Shown: in pieces, positions 11,661 through 22,799 of the stretch
How positions within the stretch are numbered: the stretch's first letter is position 1
How the letters are laid out: each line of letters opens with the position of its first letter
Assembly: GCA_964252035.1 (NCBI GenBank)
Contig: OZ176200.1
Source: Podarcis erhardii
Taxonomy: Eukaryota
DNA: 64,000 nt
Direction: 5' to 3' (one strand)
Position numbers and translations under genes: made by a program
Notes under the pieces: model-generated
Told to the model about the DNA's origin: nothing
Seen by the model: the letters and a program-made list of their open reading frames with translations, nothing else
The model's database searches: none

Positions 11661-13813
11661 GTAAGTCTCACTTCCAGTACATTCCTTACGATGGAGGAAA
11701 TTAACGGATATAAAGAAGAATTAATGGAAGAAAAACCTGTGGCTGTTACAAAAAGTAAAGGAAACACTGTCTTCTTCTACTGCCAGAAAGACTAAGGCTG
11801 CAATCCAATGCACGCTTGTATGAAAGCAGTTCCCATTGAATTCAGTGGGTCTTACTTCTGAGTAGACATTAATCAGGTTATGCTGTAAGATTACATTTAT
11901 GTCTCAGTCTAAGAATGGGATGGGGAACCTCTTGTTGGACTACAACTCCCATCATCCCTGTCCCTGACGATTGGCTATGCTGACTGGGGTAATGGTATTT
12001 GGAGTCTAACAACATATGAAGGGCCAGAGAGCACTTTAATGCTCTAAGGTGACCTTTGTAGGAGCTATCCCATTTTATCTTCAAAGCAGCTCTGTGAAGG
12101 CTTAGGCTGCGGGGCTCATCCAGACTGCCTTTTGGGTTGCATTGCCATTTGTGGCAGTGTGGGTTTTTCTGGAGAAAGCACAGGGACAGAACAAAGAAAA
12201 ACAATGCTCAGTCATGGAGCTTTAAAGTTTGGACCTGTGCCCAGAAATGCAGCACAAATAAGATGTCTGGATGAGCCTTGTGACTGGCCCAAGTCACGGA
12301 TGAACTGGGAGTAAAATGCAGGCTACTTTGTCAAAGTCCAACACAGTGTGGTGTAGTGGTTAAGAGCAGTAGATTCGTAATCTGGGGAACCAGGTTCACG
12401 CCTCCGCTCCTCCATATAGAGCTGCTGGGTGACCTTGGGCTAGTCACACTTCTCTGAAGTCTCTCAGCCCCACTCACTTCACAGAGTGTTTGTTGTGGGG
12501 GAGGAAGGGAAAGGAGAATGTTAGCTGCTTTGAGACTCCTTTGGGTAGTGATAAAGCAGNNNNNNNNNNNNNNNNNNNNNNNNNNNNNNNNNNNNNNNNN
12601 NNNNNNNNNNNNNNNNNNNNNNNNNNNNNNNNNNNNNNNNNNNNNNNNNNNNNNNNNNNNNNNNNNNNNNNNNNNNNNNNNNNNNNNNNNNNNNNNNNNN
12701 NACCTCTCCACACACGTCATTATGCTGGCTATCATTAACCTTAGATCTCAAATTGAGGTTCTAGAAAGTGACTTTTTGTGCTCCCTTTCTTCAGCTTGGA
12801 CGGGAGTCTCAGAGCAGGAGCATTATAACTGCACACTGCACACATGAGTAAGCTCACCCATGCCTTCTCTCAAACATTTTCTCATTTGAAAGGGAGAAAG
12901 TCACAAGTTTACTAGGATCAAATTCATGCTAGACCTAGAGAAGGAGGTTGCATTGAAGAATAATTATTGTGCTTAAATGACCATTTCTTCTGTGGGGGGC
13001 GGGGTGGATCTTCTGATAAATATCTGCTCAGACAAATACCAACTGTGCTCAAAACTTCCTTTTCAGATTCCGCATTCGGTTTTTCCAGCACACTCTGGCC
13101 ATTCTCTTTGCCCTTTCAGAAGCAAATAAGGACCCTGGCTTAGTACAGAATATCACCCTGGGCCTCCAGCTTTATGACTCATGCATCTCACCAACCAAAG
13201 CACTGAAAGGTGCCCTTTCTTTTTTATCAGGCCCACAAAAACTGGTGCCTAACTTCAGCTCCTGCTCTCGGCCTTTGCTTCTTGGTATCATTGGGGCAAT
13301 GACTTCCCCAGAGTCAGAGCCCATAGCACAAGTGCTTTCCCTCTACAGAGTCCCTCAGGTAAGCAGTGTATCTAGGAAAATCAATTATATATCCTGCTAG
13401 ATGGTCTCAGTTTACAAAAAGTAATCAAATGGATTTAACAGGGTAATTGTAAGAATTGCTGTAGACATATACACATGCACACACATTTGTGTGCTTCCAC
13501 AGCTTTCGTTCTGTCTCTACAGCTGGAATGTGTTAAATTAGCAGGAAGTTTTGTCTGTGTGATAGAGACCTTGGACTTTCTTATCAAAATCTTCTTCCAA
13601 CTTCAAAATGAAATCTCCATCTCTCATTCTAAGAACTGGGAAAGTGTCCTTGCCAACTAATTTCATCATACCCTGGGTGCTAAATATAAGGAACATTTCG
13701 TCAGTACTGTCTATGGCACAGGTGGAGTCTGCTGAGCTGCTCAGGGTGCTCCAACTCTTAATTCCAAGCTCTCTGAACATTTCCACACTCTGGTCAGCAG
13801 AGAGAGAGAGAGA

Positions 13814-13873
<60 letters not shown>

Positions 13874-14590
13874 ACTGGCAACTCACATAGTTGAACAGAG
13901 AATGTAAATAAAGCAACTCAGTGCTGCAGGAATTACCGGATGAATGAAAACAGAAGACAGATTTCAGCTGGCCAGCCTTGGCTTCTGTATTATTGTGCTT
14001 CCTGGTAATGTAGGGAAGCAGATGACAGATTTTTAAGAAGTTTGTTAGGTGTACCATGTTGCAATCTATACACCTGCCTGCCTGTAATGTCAGTCAACAT
14101 AATATTGTTACGTGATGCTGTCCTAGTATAGCTGTTGACATGTTTCATGTGTGCAGCGCAGTTCTATTAATATTTACTCAGAAGGCTCACAGAATTCAAG
14201 GGGAGCTCCTTCCGCAGTAGGTGTGCTTAGGAGTGCAACATAACAGCTTATTCCTTTGACTTATTTCGCTAGCATCTAACATCCCCAACCTATTTTTCCT
14301 CTATCTTCATCAAGTTCCTTCTCCATCTTTGCAATCACTATACAGTATTTATTCTTCCTTTTACATCTCTCCTACTCATCTTCCTTCAATTTTCTTTTTC
14401 ATCCTCTTCATTCTCCTGGAACTTAATAATCTTGTAGAAACCCCATCTTCCCTCAGGCTTTTCCCATACCCATGTATTTTAACATTTTACTAATGTCATT
14501 ACATTCCCTTTGACTTTACATTACATGCAAACACAGATAACAGAGCACAGGCAGGAGGGGGAAAAGTAGTGGGCAGAAAAATGATTAAGA

Positions 14591-14646
<56 letters not shown>

Positions 14647-17600
14647 ACTTTCCTGCTCCAAAACAATTTTCCTAAAGAACGAAAAGAAGAGGGAGAAGGC
14701 TTGGTGGATTCCATTGCATATCTCTCTGTGTGTAATGTGTAGTTCAGCTCTGATATTTGCACTGCTTTCATCTCAACACTTTTTAAAAACTGCTGGGAAG
14801 TTTCCTTTTTCAAATGTGCTACTTTTTCTTCATCTTACTTTCCTTTGGCTCAGTGCCTTATATTCTGTTTTCCCTTTCTCTAACTCTGTAGCCTCTACTT
14901 TTCTCAGCCATTGTGTCTCCTTTGAGCAAGGACAGTGCCCATTTGCTCCATGTGCCATATTTGCCTACTGTAGTCACTTAGCAACACAGGAATCTGCCTT
15001 ATATTGTGTCAGACCATTGGTCCATATAGTTCAGTATTGTCAACAATGACTGGAGTTGCCTGGAATTAAAAGTGGGACCTTCTGCAGGCAAATCAAATGC
15101 TCTACCGCTGAGCTATATGGAAACATTATTCATTTTATTATTGAGAATGATGGTGATGTTCAGCTACTGTGTATCTCCTTTCCTTGTGCATTCTTTAAAA
15201 ATGGTGTTATGAAAAGGATGCTTTATTAAAAATCCATGACAGAATGGCAAGTTATGACAGATAAGTCTGAAGAGAGCAGGCAGTAAGGAATAAGGTACAA
15301 AATACTGAAAGAGAATCCGTGATTCCCTCTTTTATCCCTCAGATCAGCCATGGTTCTCAGGATCCCAAGTTTTCTGACCACTTCCATTTCCCATCATTCC
15401 TTCGCACCGTGCCTTCCAGCAGCCACCAGCCCTCTATGCTCTGCCAGCTTCTGCAGCACTTCAACTGGACATGGGTGGGTGTGGTGAGTTTTGGCAGCGA
15501 TGCTGCTCAGATGGAGACCGTTTTGAAGAAGGAATTGGGCCAGACAGGGGGCTGCCTTGCCCTGTCCAAAACAATCCATGACCCCTATTCCTGGCTGGAG
15601 ATGAGTGCAGCTGCTAGGGACATTGGGAACTCACTAGCAAGTGTTTTCTTGTGCCACTGCTACAACATCCACTTCCAGCTGCTTGCCGGTGCTCTACAAG
15701 CACAAAACGTTACTGGTAAGACGTGGATCTTGACAACGAGCCTTGCTGTGATCCCAGAGATGTTCACCAAGGAGGCGTTACAGCTCCTGAATGGGAGCCT
15801 GGATCTGAGGATTCATTCGGATAAAATCTCAGGTTTCGATCATTTCCTGACCACGCTTAGCCCTGCTGCTTATCCCAACAGCCATTTGGTGAAAGTGCTC
15901 TGGCAAAATCTGTTTGACTGTGTTTGGCCAGGTTTAGAAAAAACTGATGGAAAAAACACACCCCGACTCTGCACTGGGGTAGAGCAGGTGGGTGCCAGCC
16001 ACTTGCTCCTCTTCGATCTAGAGAATTGGGCTGCCACATATCAGGCCTATCTTGCAGCCAGGGCCTTCATCACAGCCTACCACAACATGATCTCCTGCAT
16101 ATGGGACAAAGGACCCTTCACCCATGGAAGGTGTGCCACAACGAAGGATTTCCAGCCATGGCAAGTGAGTCAACTGTTCCTCTCCTTGTCTAGACTCAGT
16201 TGCTGCTTGTGTAGAGTTCAGCAGAACTGGGTTCTAGGTTGGAAGAACTTTAGAAGTCTTGAATGTCCTAAAAGTTACAAGAAAACATTGCTAGCAAGGA
16301 GCAATATTCTTGGCAGAGTCAGGGCCAGAGAGAGGTCATGGGGCAAGAACTCAAACCAATCATGCCTCCCCCACCCACCCTGCCCACTTAGTGGAAATGT
16401 GCAAACACATGCACACTGGGGGCAGCTAAAATACAACCGGAGAGAAAACCAGTCCATCCATCCATTCCACTTGTCTCAGTTAGATATCTTCCTATCCAGT
16501 CTGCACCACTTAATACAGCTCAGGACTGGGATCTTCAATATGGATGAGTACAACATAGATCTTAAGGTGGCTTCAGGTTGGGCCATTTGACTTTTCCATG
16601 TTGCACCAATAAATCTCATATTGAGGGAACAGGAAGCAGAAGGGAGAAATAACTCCAAGGCCACTGGTTCTTACTGAGTGACTTGGGTAAACCAAGCAAC
16701 TTCCAGACGTGTAAAAGTTACATGTGCTTCAATCTGTTTTTAGCCCACTGTTGATTTTAATTAGTTTTGAATGTTTTTAAAATACCTGTTTTTGACTGTC
16801 TTTTATTAATAATTTTATTTCCCCACTTTTATTGTGTAAACTGCTTTGATGCTCTATTACAACCAAGTAGCGTATAACTGTTGTTAAGTAAATAAATGGT
16901 AAGCCACACCTGATTGATACTAGAGTTGTGTGAAAATGGCCTTCTGAAATCCTCCAGCCTGTTTATCAGTTTCTAGAGCTCTCCATATCCCCTGTCCGCC
17001 ACCTGACCTGAGTTGACTTGGGGAACATCCAATCAGGATTCAGCCTCAAATCAGTTAGGGTCTTCAGAAACCTATATGGTAGGAAGCAGGGAGAAGGAAG
17101 GAGATGCTGTGTCTCCTTCTCCTCCTCCGGACCACACTGCAGAAAACAGGAGACTTTAGCTCTTCTGGGTCCTACTTTGCCAATGTAACCTGCAGGGAAT
17201 GTGATGGCAAGGCAGACCCCTTCAGCTAGTAGGATTACACTCTTGGTGGGTGCCTCCTGCAATACCATTGTTCCAAAATGGGTGGCAATATCTTCAGAGG
17301 TGTCCAAACTGGTGATATTTTTATCATCTGGACACATGGTCAACAGACCCTGGACACCTTCCACCAGAAATTCAATGATTTTCACCCCACAATCAACCTA
17401 ACAATGAATCAATCTATGCAAGAAATACATTTTTTGGACACTACTATAAAAATACAGGATGGGCACATAGACACCACCTTATACCATAAACCAACTGACC
17501 GACAAACATATCTACATGCCTCTAGCTACCATCCCAAACATCCCAAACAGTCCATTGTATATAGCCAGGCACTACGTTACAGCCGCATCTGTTCCAATTC

Positions 17601-20600
17601 TACAGACAGAGACTCTCACCTAAGAGATCTACAACAAACCTTTTTAGAACTAAAATACCCAACAGATGAAGTTAGACAACAGATCAACAGAGCCAGACTG
17701 ATACCCAGAGAGAACTTGCTGCAAGACAGACCCAAAAAAGAAAATAACAGAACACCTCTAGTCATCACATACAGCTCCCAAGTTAAAACAGTACAACGCA
17801 TCATCAGAGATCTACAACCTCTCCTGGACAATGACAGTTCTCTTTCTCAAGCTCTGGGAGGAAGACCTTTCATTGCCTACAGACAGCCACCCAGTCTTAA
17901 ACAACTCCTAACCCACAATAATACTACAACCAGACCTAACACGGACACTGGCACCAGAGCCTGCAATAAACCCAGATGCCAACTTTGCTGCCACATACAC
18001 CCGGACAACACCATTACTGGCCCCAACAACATCACACATACCATCTCGGGACTATTTAATTGCTCATCGTCTAACATTGTGTATGCCATAAAATGCCAAC
18101 AGTGTCCTTCAGCTCTCTATATTGGACAAACAGGCCAGACCTTACGCCAAAGAATAAACGGACATAAATCGGACATCAGGAATCACAAGACAGAGAAACC
18201 AGTAGGAGAACATTTCAATCTCCCAGGACATTCTATACAAGATCTCAAAGTAGCTGTTTTACTACAAAGGAATTTCAGAAATAGACTGGAAAGAGAAGCT
18301 GCTGAATTACAACTTATCACCAAACTCAAAACCATGGAAAAACCTGGTCTGAACAAAGACCTTGGATTCTTATCTCATTATACATGACAAAGCCATTTTT
18401 CACCTTTTCACCCCTTGCTTTTTCCTGTAAGACCTATTGCAGTCGTTAAGAGTCGTCAACAGGCTCATCACAGCTATCTGCCAATCACCCATTCCCACCA
18501 CCCTTCTGAGTAATACCCCTCCCCACCTTCTCACTATATAGAAGGGTCTGGAAACTTCTGTTTCAGTGTATCTGAAGAAGTGTGCATGCACACGAAAGCT
18601 CATACCAAGAACTGACTTAGTTGGTCTTTAAGGTGCTACTGGAAGGAATTTGTTTTGTTCAAACTGGTGAAGTTTGAGATGTTTTGGTCCAACGTATTGA
18701 CTCAGCACCTGAATTCCAAATGTAAACCAAAACAGGTGCCTGCATCTTGGGAATAACCATGTCAAATTTGGCAACAATATCTCAAGAGGTGTTCAGATGA
18801 ATAGAAAACAGATGGGCAGAAAGACAAACCACTTTCTAAAATATATAGTAGGATAAAAAACATGTAATGCTTTCCCTGTAGGAAAACACATTTCTGTTGG
18901 TTCCCTGATGCCTGTTCCTGTCAAGACTATTTAATGTTTCGTGTTTTACTATGTTTTTATATGTGCTGTGAGTCTCCCAGAGTGGATGGGGCAGAGTATA
19001 AATAATAAAATTATTATTATTCTCATCATCATCATCATCTGAATTAATCAGGTTATATAAGCAAACACACACACACACACACAATCAGCTTCATAGAGAA
19101 GCAGCCACTTCTTCTCTTTCTCTTGATATTTTAGGTCCATCATTATCTAAAGAATATCAACTTTACCTCTTCATCAGAGGAGATTTTTTTCAAGAATGGC
19201 GAGATACCGGCTACATTTGATATTATGAACTTGCAGATTTTGCCCAATGGCTCTTACAGGGCTGAAAAAGTTGGAGTTCTTCGTTCCAGACCTCAGCTGA
19301 GGAAAGAGCTTCTGATTCATGACAATGCCATTAGGTGGGCAGGGGGCCTTGCTCAGGTAAGTTCCTTACTTGTATTGACCCTCTCCCTATCTCCCTTCTC
19401 TAATGAGGTAACATCAGGCCTAGAAATTTTGGAGCAAACAAAAGCATTTCTGCTTACTAGGCAGACTGTTCTCCCTTCTCCACCCTGCATGTTCTGTTTG
19501 AGGGGGTTCTCTTTGTGGGATGGGTTTTAATGGGCAGGAAAGGGTATGTTAATTGCAATTTATCCCTCCAGGCTCCTACACAGGTTGATCAGAGTTTTAA
19601 AATCCCACCCTTGCCAACAAAAATTTAAAGCTTAGAAATTAGGCTGTAAAACCTTGTTTTGAGCAAGTCCAGCTTCAAAGCAAAGGCATCCCCCTTCTTA
19701 CCCCACATAATAAATAATAAGGCAGCAACTTGGGAAATAAGTTTAAAAATATGATTTACTTACTTTATAATCATGCATTGGTTGACACTTGATAAGGTTT
19801 GATTTATTACTATGTTGATTGACTGAGTGATTGAATCTAATGGCAAAGTGGCTGAGAAGGCTGGAGGCAGGCTGCTTTATATTCCCAAAGAGCAGACCCA
19901 AGTGAAGCCTACAGGCTGAGTTGGGTCTGCCTCCTGTAAATGGCCTTTCCCTGTAGCCTGCCTATGATAGGCCAATTTGTGGGCAGGCTTGAATCCATAG
20001 CTCTAGCCAGTGAGGAAGGCTTGCTGACCTCCCCTGCCAGCCACACACTGATCCATCATCTGATCTTGTCATGTGAGATAGTGTCGGTCCCGCAATGTCA
20101 CTGCACCTGGGGAAGGTAAGCAGTCTTCCATTTCCTTTTTCCTCCTAGGTGCCTCTTTCAATCTGTTCAGAAAGCTGCCTGCCTGGATATAGGAAGCTGC
20201 CTTTGCAGGGGAAGCCACACTGCTGCTACAGCTGTCTGCAGTGCCCCCATGGTCAGTTTGCCAGTGGAACAGGTAAACACCACTTTAAGAGACATTGGGT
20301 TTTCAGTGGCTGAAGATTACCACTGGGCGGGCAGCCTCTCCAGCCACATCCCCACCCCAAGTACCCAAGACAGTAACAAGATGCATCCATTAGAGGTCAC
20401 ACTCTGGACAGCAGTGGTAAAAAGGACCACTTCTTATATATGGGACAATGTCCTATATCTGGCCCAGGCCCAAGAGAAGGCTTCTGATGCAGGGGCAGGA
20501 ACATGTAGCCTTCTAGATATTCTGGATGCCAACCTAACAAACCCAGCCAGTATAGCCAATTATCAGGAATTGTGGAAGTTGTAATCCAACAAAATCTGGA

Positions 20601-22511
20601 GGATCACATGTTCCCTACCCCTTCTTTCAGACTGGCACAGAAGGCATTATTTTGCTCACGGTGCTGCTTTTCCACATCAAAGTCCTACAGTGAAAGGACC
20701 AGCAAAACGGCACATGGTGCAAGTTTGCTTTTGAGGGGGGCTGCTTTCTCCCCACTGGATTTCCACTAAAGCAATGGGTCTTACTGCTTATAACAGATGT
20801 GGGGAACACTCCTGAATTGTTTCCAGCACCAGTTAGCCGGGGAGGCATGCAAGGGGCTCACAGAGATTGTGATTGTGTATGAGTGTGTGAAGCACAGGCT
20901 GTATACACATGAAAGTGTGTGTGCAGGCTGGGGAGGGGGAAGAGGCACACAGGCCCCACCCACAGCTAGATCTACTCCTGCCCATAACTGGCATGCAACC
21001 CTGACCCACTGCCACATGCAGCCAAAAATGTGCCTTATAGGAAATGAAGGCTCCCTCACCAAGTCCTTCTGAGTGGTGGAGGTGGCAAGTAACTAAATTA
21101 CCAATGCGATCACTGTAGCCACTGCATGACTCTATCCCCAATATTATTGTGTGTGATTGCCATGCCCTCAAACAGAGGTGGGAGAACATGTGGCCCTCCA
21201 GATGTTACTGGGCAACAGCTTCCATTCACCTCAGTATGACCAATGATCAGGGATGCTGTGGGTTGTAGCCAATCAGCATCTGCAGGGCCACAGACAATGG
21301 TGGAGGAAGAGGAGTGCAGGGGGAGTGCACAGCCCCCGGCAATGTGCTCCTGGTGGGGTGCCATCGCAGCTGCCCCCCCACCTGTGCTGGGCGCCACACC
21401 CCCACAGGCTGTGTGCTACGCCCCCGGGACGCACGCCAGCCTCGCCCCTTCCTGCTCTTTGCCCCCCAGTGCTCCACCACTGGTCACAGATTCTCCATCC
21501 CCGCCTTTAAAAGAAAACCTGTCTTATTTAATACACCAGAACAGTGAACACCCCTGTTCTGCATGCTCCTCCCTTCTAGACAGTGCCACCTGTTGGGAGT
21601 GCCTTCCAGGACAATGGCCCAGTGAGCAGCAAGACAGATGCATCCCAACCATCGTGGACTTCTTGTCCTACACGGAAACTTTGGGTGTGGTGCTGGCAAC
21701 CTGCAGTTCCTTGTTCTTCTTGCTCTCGCTGTCAGTCTTGGGTATCTTCATACAGCATCACCACACCCCAGTTGTCAAGGCCAACAACCGCAAGCTCAGC
21801 TACCTCCTCTTGACCTCCCTGGCTCTCTGCTTCCTCTGCCCTCTGATGTACCTTGGGCACCCATCCCAGCTCACTTGTTCCTTCCGCCAGGCTGCCTTTG
21901 GCCTGGTCTTTGCCATTTGCCTCTCTGCAACCCTGGCCAAGACGGTGACTGTGGTGATGGCCTTCGGAGCTTCTAAGCCTGGCAGCTGCCTCCAGAAGTG
22001 GGTGGGTTACAAGCTCCCTGGCGCCATCACTCTGGGCTGCTCCCTTGTCCAAGCTGCTGTATGTGTCTGCTGGATAACGGTTTGCCCCCCATTCCCATCA
22101 CAGAACCCACTACATGGGGGGCCTCTCGTGACCCTAGAGTGTGACAAAGGCTCAGTTGAGTTTTTCTACACCATGCTGGGGTACCTGGGCTTTCTAGCCA
22201 CCATTAGCTTAGGGGTGGCCTTCCCAGCCCGCCGGCTGCCAACAGCTTTCAACGAGGCCCAGCACATTGCCATCAGCATGCTGGTCTTCACTTTCGTCTG
22301 GGTCTCCTTTGTGCCCTCCTATCTCAGTGCCACAGGGAAGTACACGGTGGCCGTGGAGATCTTCGCCATCCTGGCTTCTGGAGCTGGTTTGCTGGCTTGC
22401 CTCTTTTTCCCCAAATGCTACATAATTATCTTGCACCCTAAGAAGAATAACAGGGACCACCTTATGGGCAGACAACTTCCACGCAAAGGAGACTTTGCTT
22501 ATGCTCCATGA
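11437..22511 (+). CDS. Vomeronasal type-2 receptor-like (V2R/OlfC) class C GPCR, intact, 6 exons, 871 aa: join(11437-11660,13067-13358,15343-16164,19135-19356,20149-20272,21580-22511)
   Basis: All introns are GT-AG with compatible phases (2,0,0,0,1). Total 2616 nt = 872 codons with no internal stop. Signal peptide; Venus-flytrap motifs NITLG..YDSC, FPSFLRTVP and HFNWTWVG; nine-Cys NCD3G domain; 7TM with V2R hallmarks VKANNRKLSY, LAKTVTVVMAF, FNEA and GKYTVAVEIFAILAS. Confidence 0.93.
12343..12559 (+). mobile_element. MIR-like tRNA/core SINE running into a gap
   Basis: gtgtggtgtagtggttaagagc head, ctgggtgaccttgggctagtcac core. Confidence 0.7.
12560..12701. other. Assembly gap (142 N)
   Basis: Run of N. 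Confidence 1.
13067..13358 (+). CDS. V2R-like exon 2 (292 nt; FRIRFFQH...LYRVPQ)
   Basis: ttttcAG acceptor, CAG|gtaagc donor. Encodes NITLGLQLYDSC and IIGAMTS. Missed by the ORF track. Confidence 0.92.
13800..13869. repeat. (AG)n microsatellite
   Basis: Read directly. Confidence 0.95.
14280..14950 (-). mobile_element. Degenerate L1 ORF1 remnant interrupted by a (TC)n(AC)n microsatellite (about 14597-14648)
   Basis: Minus-strand WEKPEG-like motif near 14450-14470 and K/E-rich composition. Boundaries approximate. Confidence 0.35.
14988..15116 (-). mobile_element. tRNA-derived SINE fragment (related copies near 31410-31560 -, 32317-32497 + and 48690-48790 -)
   Basis: Shared motif gaagctgccttatactgagtcagaccattggtcc and tRNA A-box tagctcagcggtaga. 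Confidence 0.6.
15343..16164 (+). CDS. V2R-like exon 3 (822 nt; ISHGSQDP...DFQPWQ)
   Basis: ccctcAG acceptor, CAA|gtgagt donor. Lies within ORF 15319-16590. Confidence 0.93.
17314..18660 (+). mobile_element. Penelope-like retroelement (Neptune-type, with Cys-rich linker), 5'-truncated, in V2R intron 3
   Basis: ORF 17278-18387 encodes the RT C-terminus (DIFIIW, FLD, LYHKPTD, YHPKH), a C-x4-C-x2-C linker and a GIY-YIG endonuclease (VYAIKC..C...YIGQT, R, E, GLN). Followed by a pLTR-like tail with a TATA-like element and a hammerhead. Confidence 0.92.
18568..18605 (+). ncRNA. Minimal type I hammerhead ribozyme
   Basis: GTAT-CTGAAGA-A-GTGTG(CATG)CACAC-GAAA-GC-TC^-ATAC: intact catalytic core, stem I GTAT/ATAC, stem II and a palindromic AGCT stem-III region. 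Confidence 0.85.
19135..19356 (+). CDS. V2R-like exon 4 (222 nt; VHHYLKNINF...WAGGLAQ)
   Basis: ttttAG acceptor, CAG|gtaagt donor. Confidence 0.92.
19645..20071 (-). mobile_element. Possible solo LTR in V2R intron 4
   Basis: TG...CA candidate ends, minus-strand TATA-like aatataaag and polyA-like signal. No TSD found. Confidence 0.3.
20149..20272 (+). CDS. V2R-like exon 5 (124 nt; VPLSICSESC...CCYSCLQC)
   Basis: cctAG acceptor, G|gtaaac donor. First six Cys of the NCD3G domain. Confidence 0.93.
21295..21482. mobile_element. hAT-like MITE
   Basis: TIRs CA(A/G)TGGTGGAG; 8-bp TSD gccacaga/gtcacaga (7 of 8 match). Confidence 0.7.
21580..22511 (+). CDS. V2R-like exon 6 (end of Cys-rich domain plus 7TM)
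   Basis: ccttctAG acceptor, phase 1 (G|AC = Asp), TGA at 22509-22511. Confidence 0.95.
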
Positions 22512-22799
22512 GCTACAAATGGACAGCATGTACCGGTATATTTAGGAAAAGCGTTTCTGTCCCACTTTTCTGTTTATCTACACCAGGCCTGGGGAGCCAG
22601 AAAGAGCCCCTTGTAAAGAGCACAACACCTAGAAGCACCGATGGTCAGCTGATCTCTGCTTCAGAAGCCCCTGTTGGCCCAGCCCAGCGATCTTTTTACC
22701 TGTCCACACTTGATGTCATGTATGACATCAGCTGTAGAGGCAAGTGAGCATGTCTTGGCAAAAAAAAGGGGGGGGACCTAGTGTTTAGGGAAGCTTTTA

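Noticed and set aside
16165-16590. C-terminal extension of ORF 15319-16590
   Set aside because: It continues past the exon 3 donor (CAA|gtgagt) with no receptor homology.
21243-21579. N-terminal 112 aa of ORF 21243-22511
   Set aside because: Read-through of intron 5, including a hAT MITE. The real exon starts at the acceptor at 21580.
11437-22511. Class C GPCR as a T1R taste receptor, GPRC6A or CaSR
   Set aside because: The 7TM motifs (VKANNRKLSY, LAKTVTVVMAF, GKYTVAVEIFAILAS) are V2R-type. The T1R-type GGP/VRSFQ motifs and CaSR's long C-tail are absent.
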